Shown here piece after piece: positions 1 through 10,399 of a stretch of DNA of 40,797 nt. Within the stretch, counting starts at the first letter, position 1; the number at the start of each line of letters is the position of its first letter. Position numbers and translations under genes: made by a program. A model generated the notes under the pieces. It ran no database searches. It saw only the letters and a program-made list of their open reading frames with translations, and was not told the origin of the DNA. This DNA is from a virus (Duplodnaviria > Caudoviricetes): positions 1 through 40,797 of IMG/VR virus record IMGVR_UViG_3300020042_003562; one strand, given 5' to 3'.

Positions 1-275
1 AACCCAAGTATTACCATGTGACCCCATCTGGTTCACATAATCACGCAACTGGGTTTCTACAAACCACAGTGCCATAGGGCCATCCTGTTTGTTCTTAGTT
101 CCAGGTGCCCATGTTATTAGTTGCTCAATGAGCGCTTTAACGCCCTCGTTATCTGTACGAGGTAATTCAATAAGGCTGGATCCCTTAATGTACTTTCCTG
201 CCTGGTCCAACTGACCAAACAAGGGTCCAAGTGAAGCGACACCATACTCCAAATCCATTTTATTAGCACCCGTGT
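1..275 (-). repeat. Inverted near-identical copy of terminase gene segment 2310-2584 (probable strain-variant chimera)
   Basis: Reverse complement of 1-275 aligns without gaps to 2310-2584; 9 substitutions counted by eye, all synonymous in the terminase frame. Confidence 0.95.
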
Positions 276-790
276 CACTAACAAGACACACGGCACACTT
301 AGCCACAACTTGCACCCTGCCCAGCCCCAGACACGGCACGCCCTGCCCTGCAAGTGGCACGGGGGGCACTGCCTGAACTATGGGGGGGTATGCCTGCACA
401 CACAGGCCAACCAAGCCAACGACCCACGGGTTTTTAATACGTGATACATGTGGTGTATAGTATCCAGTGAAATATTTTTTCTAAAGTAGCTACTATAAAA
501 TCGTTGTAATTAAAGGGTTTTTAGCACGTTACCAAAATGTTATAAAAGTTTTTTGTAAAAATGCGTGGTAAAGCATTAGTTTCCCCCCCTTAGTATTAGT
601 GAGGGGCTTCGCCCCTAGAAGCCCCGAACCTTCACGGTTGTTACGGTTCGTGGAACGCCAGTGGAACGGACCGTGACGGCTCGCAAGCTTCGCTTGCTCA
701 CCGTATAAAAATGGTTTTTCACTACCAAGGTTTTATTCTAGGACTACTACTAACCAGGCTTTCCCTTGGGAGTAAAAGCATGGAGGCACA

Positions 791-2686
791 ATGTCTAGCC
801 CTAAGAGAAATTCGCAGCATCGTACCGTTGGTACGCTGACTGCTGACCAGGCCAAGGAAAGATTACTTTCCCTGCTCCAGGATGGCTTCTCGGTAGCAGA
901 TGCTTGCGCTGGAGTTAACAAGTCCGAGAAGACGTATTACTATTACATCCAGTCCGACCCTGAATTTAATCGCGCTGTTAAGCTCATGCGAGCTGTACAG
1001 CAACGTAAGGGCCATATCTCGGATGAAGACAAAGAGATTACCTTCGAGGAATTTAGATCCAAGTATTTGAACTCGGTGACCTTTGGTCACCAGTTAAATG
1101 TGGTGGACCTGATCGAGAATCGGCCTCCACGCTGGGTACATGAATCAATGACGTACGAGGCAGGATTGCCGCAGTACGTATTAGTCAACATGCCGCCTGA
1201 GCACGCCAAATCTATGACGGTCTCGATTGACTACATTACCTACCGTATTTGTACAGATCCCAACATCCGTATTAAGGTAGTTTCCAAGACTAGGGAAATG
1301 GCCAAGGAGTTCTTGTATGCGGTTAAGCAGCGCCTTACCTCCCCTTCCTACGCGGAACTACAAAGACGTTACGCTCCTGCTGACGGTTTCAAAGCAACGT
1401 CAGATAAGTGGACTGCGGATGCAATTTATCTTGAGCGAGATTCAGGTGAAAAGGATCCGACACTTCAAGCTTTGGGTATTGGCGGGCAGATCTACGGTGC
1501 CCGTGCAGATCTCATCATCCTCGATGACACAGTTACTCTGGCAAATGCTGGAGAGTACGAAAAACAGATCCGTTGGATCCAGCAAGAAGTTCTAACACGT
1601 GTAGGACCTACAGGTAAAATCCTTGTAGTGGGTACCCGTGTAGACCCAGTAGATTTATACCGCGAGATTCGTAACGAAGATCGCTACCCTGACGGTGCGT
1701 CCCCCTGGACGTACCTAGCAATGCCAGCCGTTTTGGAGTTCAACGATGATCCGAATAAATGGGTCACTCTTTGGCCGCGTTCAGACCGCCCTTGGGCTAA
1801 CGATCCCGTTGATCCTGACCAAGATGGCTTCTTTCCTCGATGGGATGGAGTTAGACTCCGACAACGACGAGGACTTCTAGACCCTAAAACCTGGGCAATG
1901 GTTTACCAACAGCAAGACGTACAGTCTGAATCGGTGTTTTCTCCCGAAGCAGTACGTGGATCTGTTAATGGTATGAGAGCTTGCGGACAGCTGATCGCTG
2001 GTGCCGCAGGTCACCCTAAAGAAACTAATGGTTTCTATACAGTATGCGGCTTAGATCCCGCTATGTCGGGTGACACGTTCGGTGTTGTGGTGTCGGCTGA
2101 TAGAACGACAAAAAAACGGTATTTACTTGATGCGTCACGTATGCCCGCACCCACACCGCAACGTATTCGTGAACTTATTATGACGTGGACTGAGAAGTAT
2201 AGCCCACAAGCATGGGTTATTGAGAAGAACGCCTTCCAGTTGTTCTTAACTCAGGACGAACAGATCAATCAGTTCTTAGCTTCTCGCGGTATTAGACTTA
2301 TTAGCCACTACACGGGTGCTAATAAAATGGATTTGGAGTATGGCGTTGCTTCCCTTGGACCCCTGTTTGGTCAGTTGGACCAGGCGGGAAAATACATCAA
2401 GGGATCCAGCCTTATTGAATTACCTCGTACAGATAACGAGGGCGTTAAAGCGCTCATTGAGCAACTAATTACATGGGCACCTGGAACTAAGAACAAACAG
2501 GACGGCCCTATGGCACTGTGGTTTGTAGAAACCCAGTTGCGTGATTATGTGAACCAGATGGGGTCACATGGTAATACTTGGGTTCGTAATCCTTTTGCTA
2601 CTCCTAGAGATTTAGCAAAACGTATGACCGTAGACCTAGAAGAGTATTCAAGATTACAGCAGCAACTAGCTGCGGGAGGTTACTAA
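791..2686 (+). CDS. terL: Terminase large subunit with N-terminal HTH-like extension
   Basis: Walker A-like VLVNMPPEHAKS, Walker B LIILDD, RNase H-like nuclease motif GLDPA and late Asp (KQDGPMA); SD GGAGG upstream; adjacent to portal. Confidence 0.93.
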   Translation: MSSPKRNSQHRTVGTLTADQAKERLLSLLQDGFSVADACAGVNKSEKTYYYYIQSDPEFNRAVKLMRAVQQRKGHISDEDKEITFEEFRSKYLNSVTFGHQLNVVDLIENRPPRWVHESMTYEAGLPQYVLVNMPPEHAKSMTVSIDYITYRICTDPNIRIKVVSKTREMAKEFLYAVKQRLTSPSYAELQRRYAPADGFKATSDKWTADAIYLERDSGEKDPTLQALGIGGQIYGARADLIILDDTVTLANAGEYEKQIRWIQQEVLTRVGPTGKILVVGTRVDPVDLYREIRNEDRYPDGASPWTYLAMPAVLEFNDDPNKWVTLWPRSDRPWANDPVDPDQDGFFPRWDGVRLRQRRGLLDPKTWAMVYQQQDVQSESVFSPEAVRGSVNGMRACGQLIAGAAGHPKETNGFYTVCGLDPAMSGDTFGVVVSADRTTKKRYLLDASRMPAPTPQRIRELIMTWTEKYSPQAWVIEKNAFQLFLTQDEQINQFLASRGIRLISHYTGANKMDLEYGVASLGPLFGQLDQAGKYIKGSSLIELPRTDNEGVKALIEQLITWAPGTKNKQDGPMALWFVETQLRDYVNQMGSHGNTWVRNPFATPRDLAKRMTVDLEEYSRLQQQLAAGGY

Positions 2687-4504
2687 ATGGCTGACATTCA
2701 GCAAATCGCTGCGCGTGTCAAGCAACTGCGCGATAAGGCGCGGGAACGGGACTCTCGTTGGGCTGACGTACTTGAGGTACGTAAGGGAAACATTAACAAA
2801 GTGTTCCCTGGTTTATTCCCAGATGATTACCCGAAGCCTATGGTTGCAAACTTTATTGACATTGCAGCACGCGACGTATCTGAAGTTATAGCCCCGCTTC
2901 CAGCGTTTAACTGCTCGGCAACCAACTCAGTATCAGACCGCGCACGTCAGAAGGCTGACAAGCGTACAATGATCGCTGCAGGTTACCGTGACCAGTCACG
3001 CCTACAGACTCAGATGTTTACAGGTGCAGATCGCTACGTAACCTTTGGCGTATTGCCAATACTTGTAGAGATTGACTACGAACGTAAGACCCCTGTTATT
3101 AACATTGATGATCCTATCGGATCATACCCAGATTTTGACCGCTTTGGTCGTCTAGTTTCCTACACTAAGCGCTACACTAAGACCGTAGCTGACCTAGTGC
3201 GTGAGTTCCCAGAGCATGAGTCCGTTATTCGTGGCCGTATGGGTACCACAAATGATGAAACTCGTTTGGACATGTATCGTTACCACGATAAAAATGCAAC
3301 TATCTTGTTCTTATCGGAGCGCAACAACTTTGTTCTAGCTCAGACCCCTAATCCTATAGGCGAGATTATGGCTGTTATGGCCGTACGCCCAGGTATTGAC
3401 TCAGATACAGAGTTCCGTGGTCAGTTCGATGACATTCTATGGGTCCAGGTGGCGCGTTCGCGCTTCGCTACCCTAAGCCTTGAAGCTGCACAGAAATCTG
3501 TACAAGCACCGTACGCATTGCCAGCAGATGTAAACGTAATGGAGATTGGCCCTGATGCCACCATCCGTTCGGCTTCTCCAGAGAAGATTCGTCGTGTAGA
3601 TCTTAATGTTCCTCCTGGTTTGTTCCAGGAATCAGCAGCATTAGACCAAGAATTGCGTGTTGGCGGACGTTACCCAGAGGGTCGCCTAGGCAACATGTCT
3701 GGATCTATTGTTACAGGCCGTGGCGTTGAAGCCCTTATGGGTGGATTTGACACTCAGGTCAAGACAGCACAGACCGTATTTGCCCAAGCATTAACTGAGG
3801 TTATGTCACTTTGCTTTGAAGTTGACGAAAAGATCTTTAAGAACGTACGCAAGACCGTACGTGGCATGGATGCAGGCGCACCATTTGAGGTAGAATACAC
3901 CCCATCTAAGGACATTGCAGGCGAATACGTAGTAGATGTTACCTACGGTTTGATGGCTGGCCTTAACCCTAACCAAGCTTTAGTCTTTGGTTTGCAGGCA
4001 CGTGGAGATCAGTTGATCTCACGCGACTTTTTACGTCGTCAGATGCCATGGGAAATCAACGTAACCATGGAAGAACAGAAGATCGAAGTAGAAAAAATGC
4101 GTGATTCGCTACTCGCTGCGGTATCTGGTTTAGCCCAATCGTTACCAGCCCTAGTACAAAGCGGGCAGGATCCTTCACAGTTTATTGGAAAACTAGCAGC
4201 AATCATTGATGGTCGCCTAAAGGGTGAATCTATTGAATCAATCGTAGCTGAAGTTTTCGCACCTGAGCCACCACCGTCCGCACCTGGATCGCAGCCTGCA
4301 GTCCCTGGCTCTCCAGAAGAAGCGGCCGCTGCGGGCGGTGGTGTTTCTGGACTTAATCCACTGACGGGTTCACCTACTGGTGTAGCCCCTGGTCAGGTAG
4401 GGGTAGGCGGAAAGCCTCCAATTCAATATCTCCTTGCTGGTCTAAACAGTAGGGGAAAACCAACACTAGCTTCTAGTGTTACAAGAATGATGCCAGCAGG
4501 ATAA
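2687..4504 (+). CDS. Portal (head-tail connector) protein
   Basis: 605 aa directly after terminase; helical portal-like composition with Pro/Gly-rich C-terminus; synteny. Confidence 0.85.
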   Translation: MADIQQIAARVKQLRDKARERDSRWADVLEVRKGNINKVFPGLFPDDYPKPMVANFIDIAARDVSEVIAPLPAFNCSATNSVSDRARQKADKRTMIAAGYRDQSRLQTQMFTGADRYVTFGVLPILVEIDYERKTPVINIDDPIGSYPDFDRFGRLVSYTKRYTKTVADLVREFPEHESVIRGRMGTTNDETRLDMYRYHDKNATILFLSERNNFVLAQTPNPIGEIMAVMAVRPGIDSDTEFRGQFDDILWVQVARSRFATLSLEAAQKSVQAPYALPADVNVMEIGPDATIRSASPEKIRRVDLNVPPGLFQESAALDQELRVGGRYPEGRLGNMSGSIVTGRGVEALMGGFDTQVKTAQTVFAQALTEVMSLCFEVDEKIFKNVRKTVRGMDAGAPFEVEYTPSKDIAGEYVVDVTYGLMAGLNPNQALVFGLQARGDQLISRDFLRRQMPWEINVTMEEQKIEVEKMRDSLLAAVSGLAQSLPALVQSGQDPSQFIGKLAAIIDGRLKGESIESIVAEVFAPEPPPSAPGSQPAVPGSPEEAAAAGGGVSGLNPLTGSPTGVAPGQVGVGGKPPIQYLLAGLNSRGKPTLASSVTRMMPAG

Positions 4505-4518
4505 CAGGAGAAAATATT

Positions 4519-4689
4519 ATGGCGTTCGGATCAGGAAAGAAGCCAGCGAACCAAGGTTCAGCAGGCAAAGTATACTACGATGCTCCACACAAGAGTGGAA
4601 CACCAAGCCCAGCCAAGCCAGGCGCAAGCAAGATTATGTTTGGCGTACAGCCAGGTGGAACCAAGGGTTCAGGCAAAGGCTCAAAGTAA
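4519..4689 (+). CDS. Small Gly/Lys-rich protein, 56 aa (MAFGSGKKPANQGS...KGSGKGSK)
   Basis: Hand-translated ORF below the track cutoff; SD AGGAG at 4506-4510; fills the gap after portal. Confidence 0.75.
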   Translation: MAFGSGKKPANQGSAGKVYYDAPHKSGTPSPAKPGASKIMFGVQPGGTKGSGKGSK

Positions 4690-4763
4690 GTAAATAAACG
4701 TCCAGAACTGTGTTCTGGTCTGCAAGTAAAATCATTCGGTTTAATTAAAAAGGCGGTAGAATC

Positions 4764-5210
4764 ATGGCAGGAAAAGGTGGGTATCAAGCCCCAGCAAACC
4801 CAGCGCCAGCTTCAGGCCCAGGCGCATTGTCGCAGCGTACCGATGGTGGACCAGCAGACTCACAAGCAGCACAGTACGTATCTGGTCTTCCGTATGGTGA
4901 GGGGCAGGCTTTCATGGCACAACAACAGGCAGCGCCTTTGGCTGCGTCTGGCATGATGCCTGAACCTGCCCCCATCGTACCTCTTAACGCACCAACACAG
5001 CGCCCTGATGAGCCTGTTACTGCTGGTGCAGATGCTGGCCCTGGGCCAGGTATGAGTGCTTTAGGTTTAGGTGCTAAGGACGTAGCGGCAGATAAAGAGT
5101 TTAAGGCTACAATAGCCGCATACATGCCAGTTCTTATGCACGTCGCTTCCCGTTCTAGTACATCACCTGAAACACGCAACATCATCCGACAGTTGCGGGA
5201 GATGATTTGA
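4764..5210 (+). CDS. Hypothetical Pro/Ala/Gly-rich virion-module protein
   Basis: 148 aa ORF within the structural operon; stop overlaps next start. Confidence 0.75.
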   Translation: MAGKGGYQAPANPAPASGPGALSQRTDGGPADSQAAQYVSGLPYGEGQAFMAQQQAAPLAASGMMPEPAPIVPLNAPTQRPDEPVTAGADAGPGPGMSALGLGAKDVAADKEFKATIAAYMPVLMHVASRSSTSPETRNIIRQLREMI

Positions 5211-8200
5211 GTTTCTGGGACCGTCTGGGCACATTAGCCCAAGACACCGCAGGCGCAGTTGCTGCCTCACCAAAGTTTCTTTGGGACATAGCAACCGCAC
5301 CGTGGAATGATGATGAAGATTTTAACGGCTTTGCCAACACCTTTAAGAGTGCTGGCACTGACTGGGCAAAGGCAATGCTTAAGCCTATTGCCAATGTTGC
5401 CGAAACCCCAGGTATCAAGCAAGGACTTGAGAAGTGGGATGCTTTTAATCGTGAATACATCCGTGAGCCACTAACTACAGGCATACTTGCTGCCAGTGAA
5501 ACTGGCGGAGATATCAATAAAGCCTACCAAATGGCACAGGATACTTCCTTTGGTCAGGCACTTGTTGGTGGTATTGGCGCTGCTTTGCCAGGCCGACAAG
5601 CTGTAGATAGAATTAACTTTGAAGACGAAGCCGAAGTAGACAAGTTCTTTTCTACTGGTGCACCACGTTTCTGGTCAGGCTTTGGAGATACTGGTATCCA
5701 GATCTTTGGTGACGTGGCTATTGCTGGTGGTAAAGCTGCCAAGCTTGCACGCGAATCATCCTTAATAACTAACAAACTTACCAATGCTCAAAAAACCGCT
5801 AAAGCAATAAATGATTTAGCTGATACTGCTGATGGTGTTGTAACTAGGTACACCAAACCTGTTGAAGATTTTGTAGCAAATGGCGCAGAGTATGCTTGGA
5901 ATCATCCAATGGTTCGCAAGTCACCAATGCGCGATACTTTAGCCTATGGTCTTGGACAATCAGATAATGTGTATGATGCTACTCTTATGCTTAGAGCAGC
6001 AGTTGCAGATCCACGTGCGCTTGAAGAATTAAAGATTGTTCGTGCTAGCATTGGTAATGCAATGGAACGCCAAATGGGTGTACTAGATGATTACCAAGAG
6101 TTCCTAGTTAAAAAGGCTGACGACCCAGAAGGTGTAGCTAAACTTCCACACGAAGATCAACTCATAGTACAAAATGCTCAAAAAGAACTAGAAGACTTGC
6201 GTAACAATGACGCTATGTTTGCCGCTTGGGAACTAATGGCTAAGACACCTGGTGGTGTAATTGACCGCACCGTAGGTGCACGTCCAATGCAGGCAGTAGA
6301 TGACTTCCTTGCTAAAGGTCGTTCCGCTAAGTTTGTTGCAGGTTCAACCCGTGCTGAAGCATGGCAACCAACTCCTTTCCACCGTATGTACCAAGTTGTA
6401 TCTTGGGTAGGTAACGAACGTCCAGCTGGAATTGTTAACCTTAACGAAGCCGAATCAAGTGCCGAAGTTATGGCATTTGTTAACCGTGGTCACCGCATTG
6501 CTGGTGACGATATTTACAGTTTCTTCCCTGAAGGTGCTGATGTACCTAAAGAGTTTAAGGGTGTAACTGACGAACGTGCCGCTGGCATGATGGCTAATTA
6601 TTACCGAGCCACAACTCCAGAAGATAAAGCACGCGCTATTGCTATCATTGAAAACGCTGCATTTTCTGCTATTGCTGGAAAGCATGGTATTGATCGTGAA
6701 CTTGCAAACAAGATCTACCAGAACTATTACCGTTCACGTCTAGGTGCTCAAGAGTCACTTCGTAAAAACGGATTTATGATTGATGAAGATGGTGGCGTAA
6801 TTAGCGCACCAGTGTTTGAGTCTCAGACTGCAAACTACTTGCCAATGATGGATCTTGACCTACTTGATTCCTTATTAAAGCGTCATAGACTTGCCACAAA
6901 AAATAAGCCATTGTCAGTTCTTTACGGAATTGGAAACGAACTTACTGGTGCTATGGACATACTTCAAGCCATGTTCAAGGCTGGCGTTCTTATGCGCCTT
7001 GGTTACACTATTCGTAACGGCACTGAAGCACAGCTTCGTATTGCTGCATCCGTTGGCTCTATGGCATCTATGCGTCACCTTGGCCCTGGCCTACGCAACA
7101 TGGCCTTTAACGCTACAGATAGTTTGTCTGCCCGTACGGTAGATCGTTTATCACTTTCATCTGGCCCTGCCACAGTAGAATCAACCGTTCGTTCTTTAAC
7201 TAAAGTTGACTCAGAGATTACCGAACTGCAGGCAAGGTACGCAGAAATTGCTGACCAGTACAACAAAGAACTTGACGAGTTTAATAAGTTTGTGCCACCA
7301 GAAGATCCAGTATTTACTAGCACAAAGTACACTGATGAAGAAGTTAACCTACTAGATCAGGGCATACTTCCTGAGCGTCTTGGATTTAACAGCCCAGAAT
7401 ACCAGAAGGCCGCTAAGGCTGAAGCAAAGCGTTTAACTGATGAGCATCGTGCAATTATTGACGAGGACTACCTTGCCAAGCAAGAAGAAACAGTAAGCGC
7501 ATTTGGACTAAATGACCGCGACATTAAACTACTTGAGACCAAGGGTTTAATTCCGTTAAACAAAGTATTGGCAGCATACAAGGCTGGACGATTAAATGCA
7601 GATGAACTATCTGCTATTGTTTCAACTGGTCGTATTGAGGCAGCTAGCCTTGATGGATTAGGAAGTGAAGCCTACCAGTTCCTTGATGAAGCATCGCTTC
7701 GCGGTATGGCTGTTCGTAATGGCAAGTCACCTCAGCAGTACATTGAAGTACCATGGCGCAGACAAACTCTTGATGAGTATGTAAACGATGGCATTGCTCA
7801 GTTTGATTCAGCCTACGAAGCACAGACATTAGAGCGCGCACTTGCTGAATACACCGATGAGGCTAACGCTTGGTATGGTGAGAACGCTTCCTCTGTTTAC
7901 TCACCAACTACTCCAAACGTACAGCTAGAATCTGACATGCGAGTAATTGAAAAACTTATTGACGATAAGCGATCACTTGCTGAAGATTATTTTGCTCAAC
8001 TTGAAAATTTGAAGAGTTCAGCAAAGCGTGGAGAAAAGCGCAAGATTGGCAAAGGTAAGTGGAGAGTAAAGTCATTTGATGGCGGATACTATGATGACCT
8101 TGACGATGCTTTAGGTGGACAGTTTGCTGATATTCACAGAGCAAACTCTAGTGCAGAAAACTCATTTAATACTTTAGTTGATGACAATGCTGGATTAGTT

Positions 8201-10399
8201 TCTAAGAGCCTAACCAAGGTTGGCTATGGCGAAGTAAAGCCAGATGCACCAAACTACTACCAGGCTTGGGCACACGCACTTAACTACCAGTTCCGTAACT
8301 CTGGCGTAGCCATGAAGTTAATGGATAACATGGATCCTGCTGATGTAGCCAGATGGCTTAAGTCAGATCCTGAAGGTCGCATTGTTGCAAAGCGCCTTGG
8401 ATTAGATCCTTGGGAAATTGATGGTCACGTTGCTGCTGTTAAAGGCTTTGTTGATAGTTACATCCCAAGCGCTAGTTTGCGTAAAACACTGGTTGAATCA
8501 ACCGAAAACGCGCCTATTACACCAGAGATGCTACGCGGTATCTACGCTGGAACTGATGGATTACCTACAGTTCACGGACATATCCTTGAAGAAAACTTAA
8601 ATCTTGGATCTGTTAGAAATGTAAAAAACATAGTTAATGGCATTTTTAGATTCCTTGGATCTATGCCAGAAGATCTTTGGGCACGTCATCCTTTGTACAT
8701 TTCTATGTACAGGACCGAGCTAAAGCGTCGCATTGACATGTTTGAAGGATTGAACAAACGCCGTCTAACTACTCAAGAGCAAGCTGATCTTATGTCAGTA
8801 ACTCACAAGGTTGCATTGCGTCAGTTAAAGAACACATTGTTTACCATTGACCGCAAGTCAAACTTGGCACATTACATGCGTTTGATCTCTCCATTCTTTT
8901 CGGCATTTGAAAACACCACAAAGACATGGGCAAGAATTGCTTACGAAAAGCCTCAGACAATCAACCGTGCTAACTTAATCTTTACTTCACCTAACCGTGC
9001 AGGTATTGCAACTGATGAGAACGGCAACCCAGTTCCGCCAGAAGAAGCAAGCATGAATGACTACATCTGGATTGAAGTACCTGAGTCGCTAAAGAAAGTT
9101 CCTTTCATTGGTAAAGGACTTACATCTTTAACTGAGATGGGTATCCAAAAGAAGTCACTAGACGTTATCTTCCAGGGTGAAGCAATACACATCCCTGTAG
9201 GTCCATACGTTGCAGTGCCTATCTCGGAGATGGTTAAGAGAAAGCCTGAACTAGAAAAGACTTTATCTTGGGCTATTCCTTACGGACCAGAGCGTAGCGC
9301 AGTCCGTGCGTTCCTACCTACCTGGGTTAAGCGTCAGCTTACAAAGGAAGATGGACAGAGCAACCAGCAGTATGCAAATACTTATGCCTTGATCTGGACT
9401 ACTGAACAGCACAAGCGTCGTGAGATGGGTCAGCCTGCAGCTACCGCTGCTGAGATTGAAAAGATGACAGATGCGTACTACAACATGCGTACTGTTGCCA
9501 ACCTAATCCTTCCATTTGCCCCTACATTCCAGACACCATACAAGTTCTACATTGACCAATGGAGACAGTATCAGGAACAGTTTGGTATGGAAGCACAGAC
9601 TAAATTCTGGCAGGATTACGGCGATGACTTCTTTGAGTTTACTCAATCGTTATCAAAGAATACTACTGGTACATTTGCATCCATTGGTTCTGTAGGTAAT
9701 GCTAAAGCACACGCTGATTTGATTACAGAATTGTCAGTGATTGATCCTAAACTTATTGGTATCGTAACCAATGCTGGCCAAGCTTATGATTTTTCACAGG
9801 CCGCTTACATGTGGCAACAGGCCAATACTATTTCTCCAAGTTCAAGTGAGTTCTACCGTACACGTAAGGATCCAGCAGAAGCTGCCCTAGACAGTGAGCG
9901 CTCACTTGGTTGGATTAAGTATCGTCAGGTTATGTCTCAGATTGATTCAGAAATGCAACGTCGTGGGTTAACTAGCCTACAGTCAAAAGCTGGCGCAGAT
10001 TTAGCATCAATGAAGAAGCAGATGGTTGCTCAACTTGGTGCAGAAAATGCAGCCTGGTATGACGATTACTTAGACACCGATGGATCAAAAACTAATAAAA
10101 TTATTCGTGGTCTTGAGACTATTGTAAACAATGAAAAGTTTATGAGCCAGTACGGTGATAATCCAACATTCAAGTCTATTGCAGTTTACCTGGAAATACG
10201 CACAGCAACAGAAGCTGCACTTGCATCACGTGAGTCTAAGAGCATTGATGCTAAAGCAAATGCTGACATTAAGTTTGCATTTGAGTCGGTTGCCAACAAA
10301 CTAAAGCAGGAAGACATTGGCTTTGGAGATTTGTATGACCGTTGGTTATCTTACGATTCGGTTTATGATGCCGTTTATTCACAAGGAGTTGCTCAGTAA
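5207..10399 (+). CDS. Very large (1730 aa) putative internal virion/DNA-ejection protein
   Basis: Long ORF with TTG start overlapping the upstream TGA; lies between portal and scaffold; no tape-measure repeats seen; function inferred from size and position only. Confidence 0.6.
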   Translation: MSFWDRLGTLAQDTAGAVAASPKFLWDIATAPWNDDEDFNGFANTFKSAGTDWAKAMLKPIANVAETPGIKQGLEKWDAFNREYIREPLTTGILAASETGGDINKAYQMAQDTSFGQALVGGIGAALPGRQAVDRINFEDEAEVDKFFSTGAPRFWSGFGDTGIQIFGDVAIAGGKAAKLARESSLITNKLTNAQKTAKAINDLADTADGVVTRYTKPVEDFVANGAEYAWNHPMVRKSPMRDTLAYGLGQSDNVYDATLMLRAAVADPRALEELKIVRASIGNAMERQMGVLDDYQEFLVKKADDPEGVAKLPHEDQLIVQNAQKELEDLRNNDAMFAAWELMAKTPGGVIDRTVGARPMQAVDDFLAKGRSAKFVAGSTRAEAWQPTPFHRMYQVVSWVGNERPAGIVNLNEAESSAEVMAFVNRGHRIAGDDIYSFFPEGADVPKEFKGVTDERAAGMMANYYRATTPEDKARAIAIIENAAFSAIAGKHGIDRELANKIYQNYYRSRLGAQESLRKNGFMIDEDGGVISAPVFESQTANYLPMMDLDLLDSLLKRHRLATKNKPLSVLYGIGNELTGAMDILQAMFKAGVLMRLGYTIRNGTEAQLRIAASVGSMASMRHLGPGLRNMAFNATDSLSARTVDRLSLSSGPATVESTVRSLTKVDSEITELQARYAEIADQYNKELDEFNKFVPPEDPVFTSTKYTDEEVNLLDQGILPERLGFNSPEYQKAAKAEAKRLTDEHRAIIDEDYLAKQEETVSAFGLNDRDIKLLETKGLIPLNKVLAAYKAGRLNADELSAIVSTGRIEAASLDGLGSEAYQFLDEASLRGMAVRNGKSPQQYIEVPWRRQTLDEYVNDGIAQFDSAYEAQTLERALAEYTDEANAWYGENASSVYSPTTPNVQLESDMRVIEKLIDDKRSLAEDYFAQLENLKSSAKRGEKRKIGKGKWRVKSFDGGYYDDLDDALGGQFADIHRANSSAENSFNTLVDDNAGLVSKSLTKVGYGEVKPDAPNYYQAWAHALNYQFRNSGVAMKLMDNMDPADVARWLKSDPEGRIVAKRLGLDPWEIDGHVAAVKGFVDSYIPSASLRKTLVESTENAPITPEMLRGIYAGTDGLPTVHGHILEENLNLGSVRNVKNIVNGIFRFLGSMPEDLWARHPLYISMYRTELKRRIDMFEGLNKRRLTTQEQADLMSVTHKVALRQLKNTLFTIDRKSNLAHYMRLISPFFSAFENTTKTWARIAYEKPQTINRANLIFTSPNRAGIATDENGNPVPPEEASMNDYIWIEVPESLKKVPFIGKGLTSLTEMGIQKKSLDVIFQGEAIHIPVGPYVAVPISEMVKRKPELEKTLSWAIPYGPERSAVRAFLPTWVKRQLTKEDGQSNQQYANTYALIWTTEQHKRREMGQPAATAAEIEKMTDAYYNMRTVANLILPFAPTFQTPYKFYIDQWRQYQEQFGMEAQTKFWQDYGDDFFEFTQSLSKNTTGTFASIGSVGNAKAHADLITELSVIDPKLIGIVTNAGQAYDFSQAAYMWQQANTISPSSSEFYRTRKDPAEAALDSERSLGWIKYRQVMSQIDSEMQRRGLTSLQSKAGADLASMKKQMVAQLGAENAAWYDDYLDTDGSKTNKIIRGLETIVNNEKFMSQYGDNPTFKSIAVYLEIRTATEAALASRESKSIDAKANADIKFAFESVANKLKQEDIGFGDLYDRWLSYDSVYDAVYSQGVAQ

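Noticed and set aside
1-275. DGR template/variable repeat pair with 2310-2584
   Set aside because: Differences are synonymous and not adenine-specific, the target is terminase, and no reverse transcriptase is present
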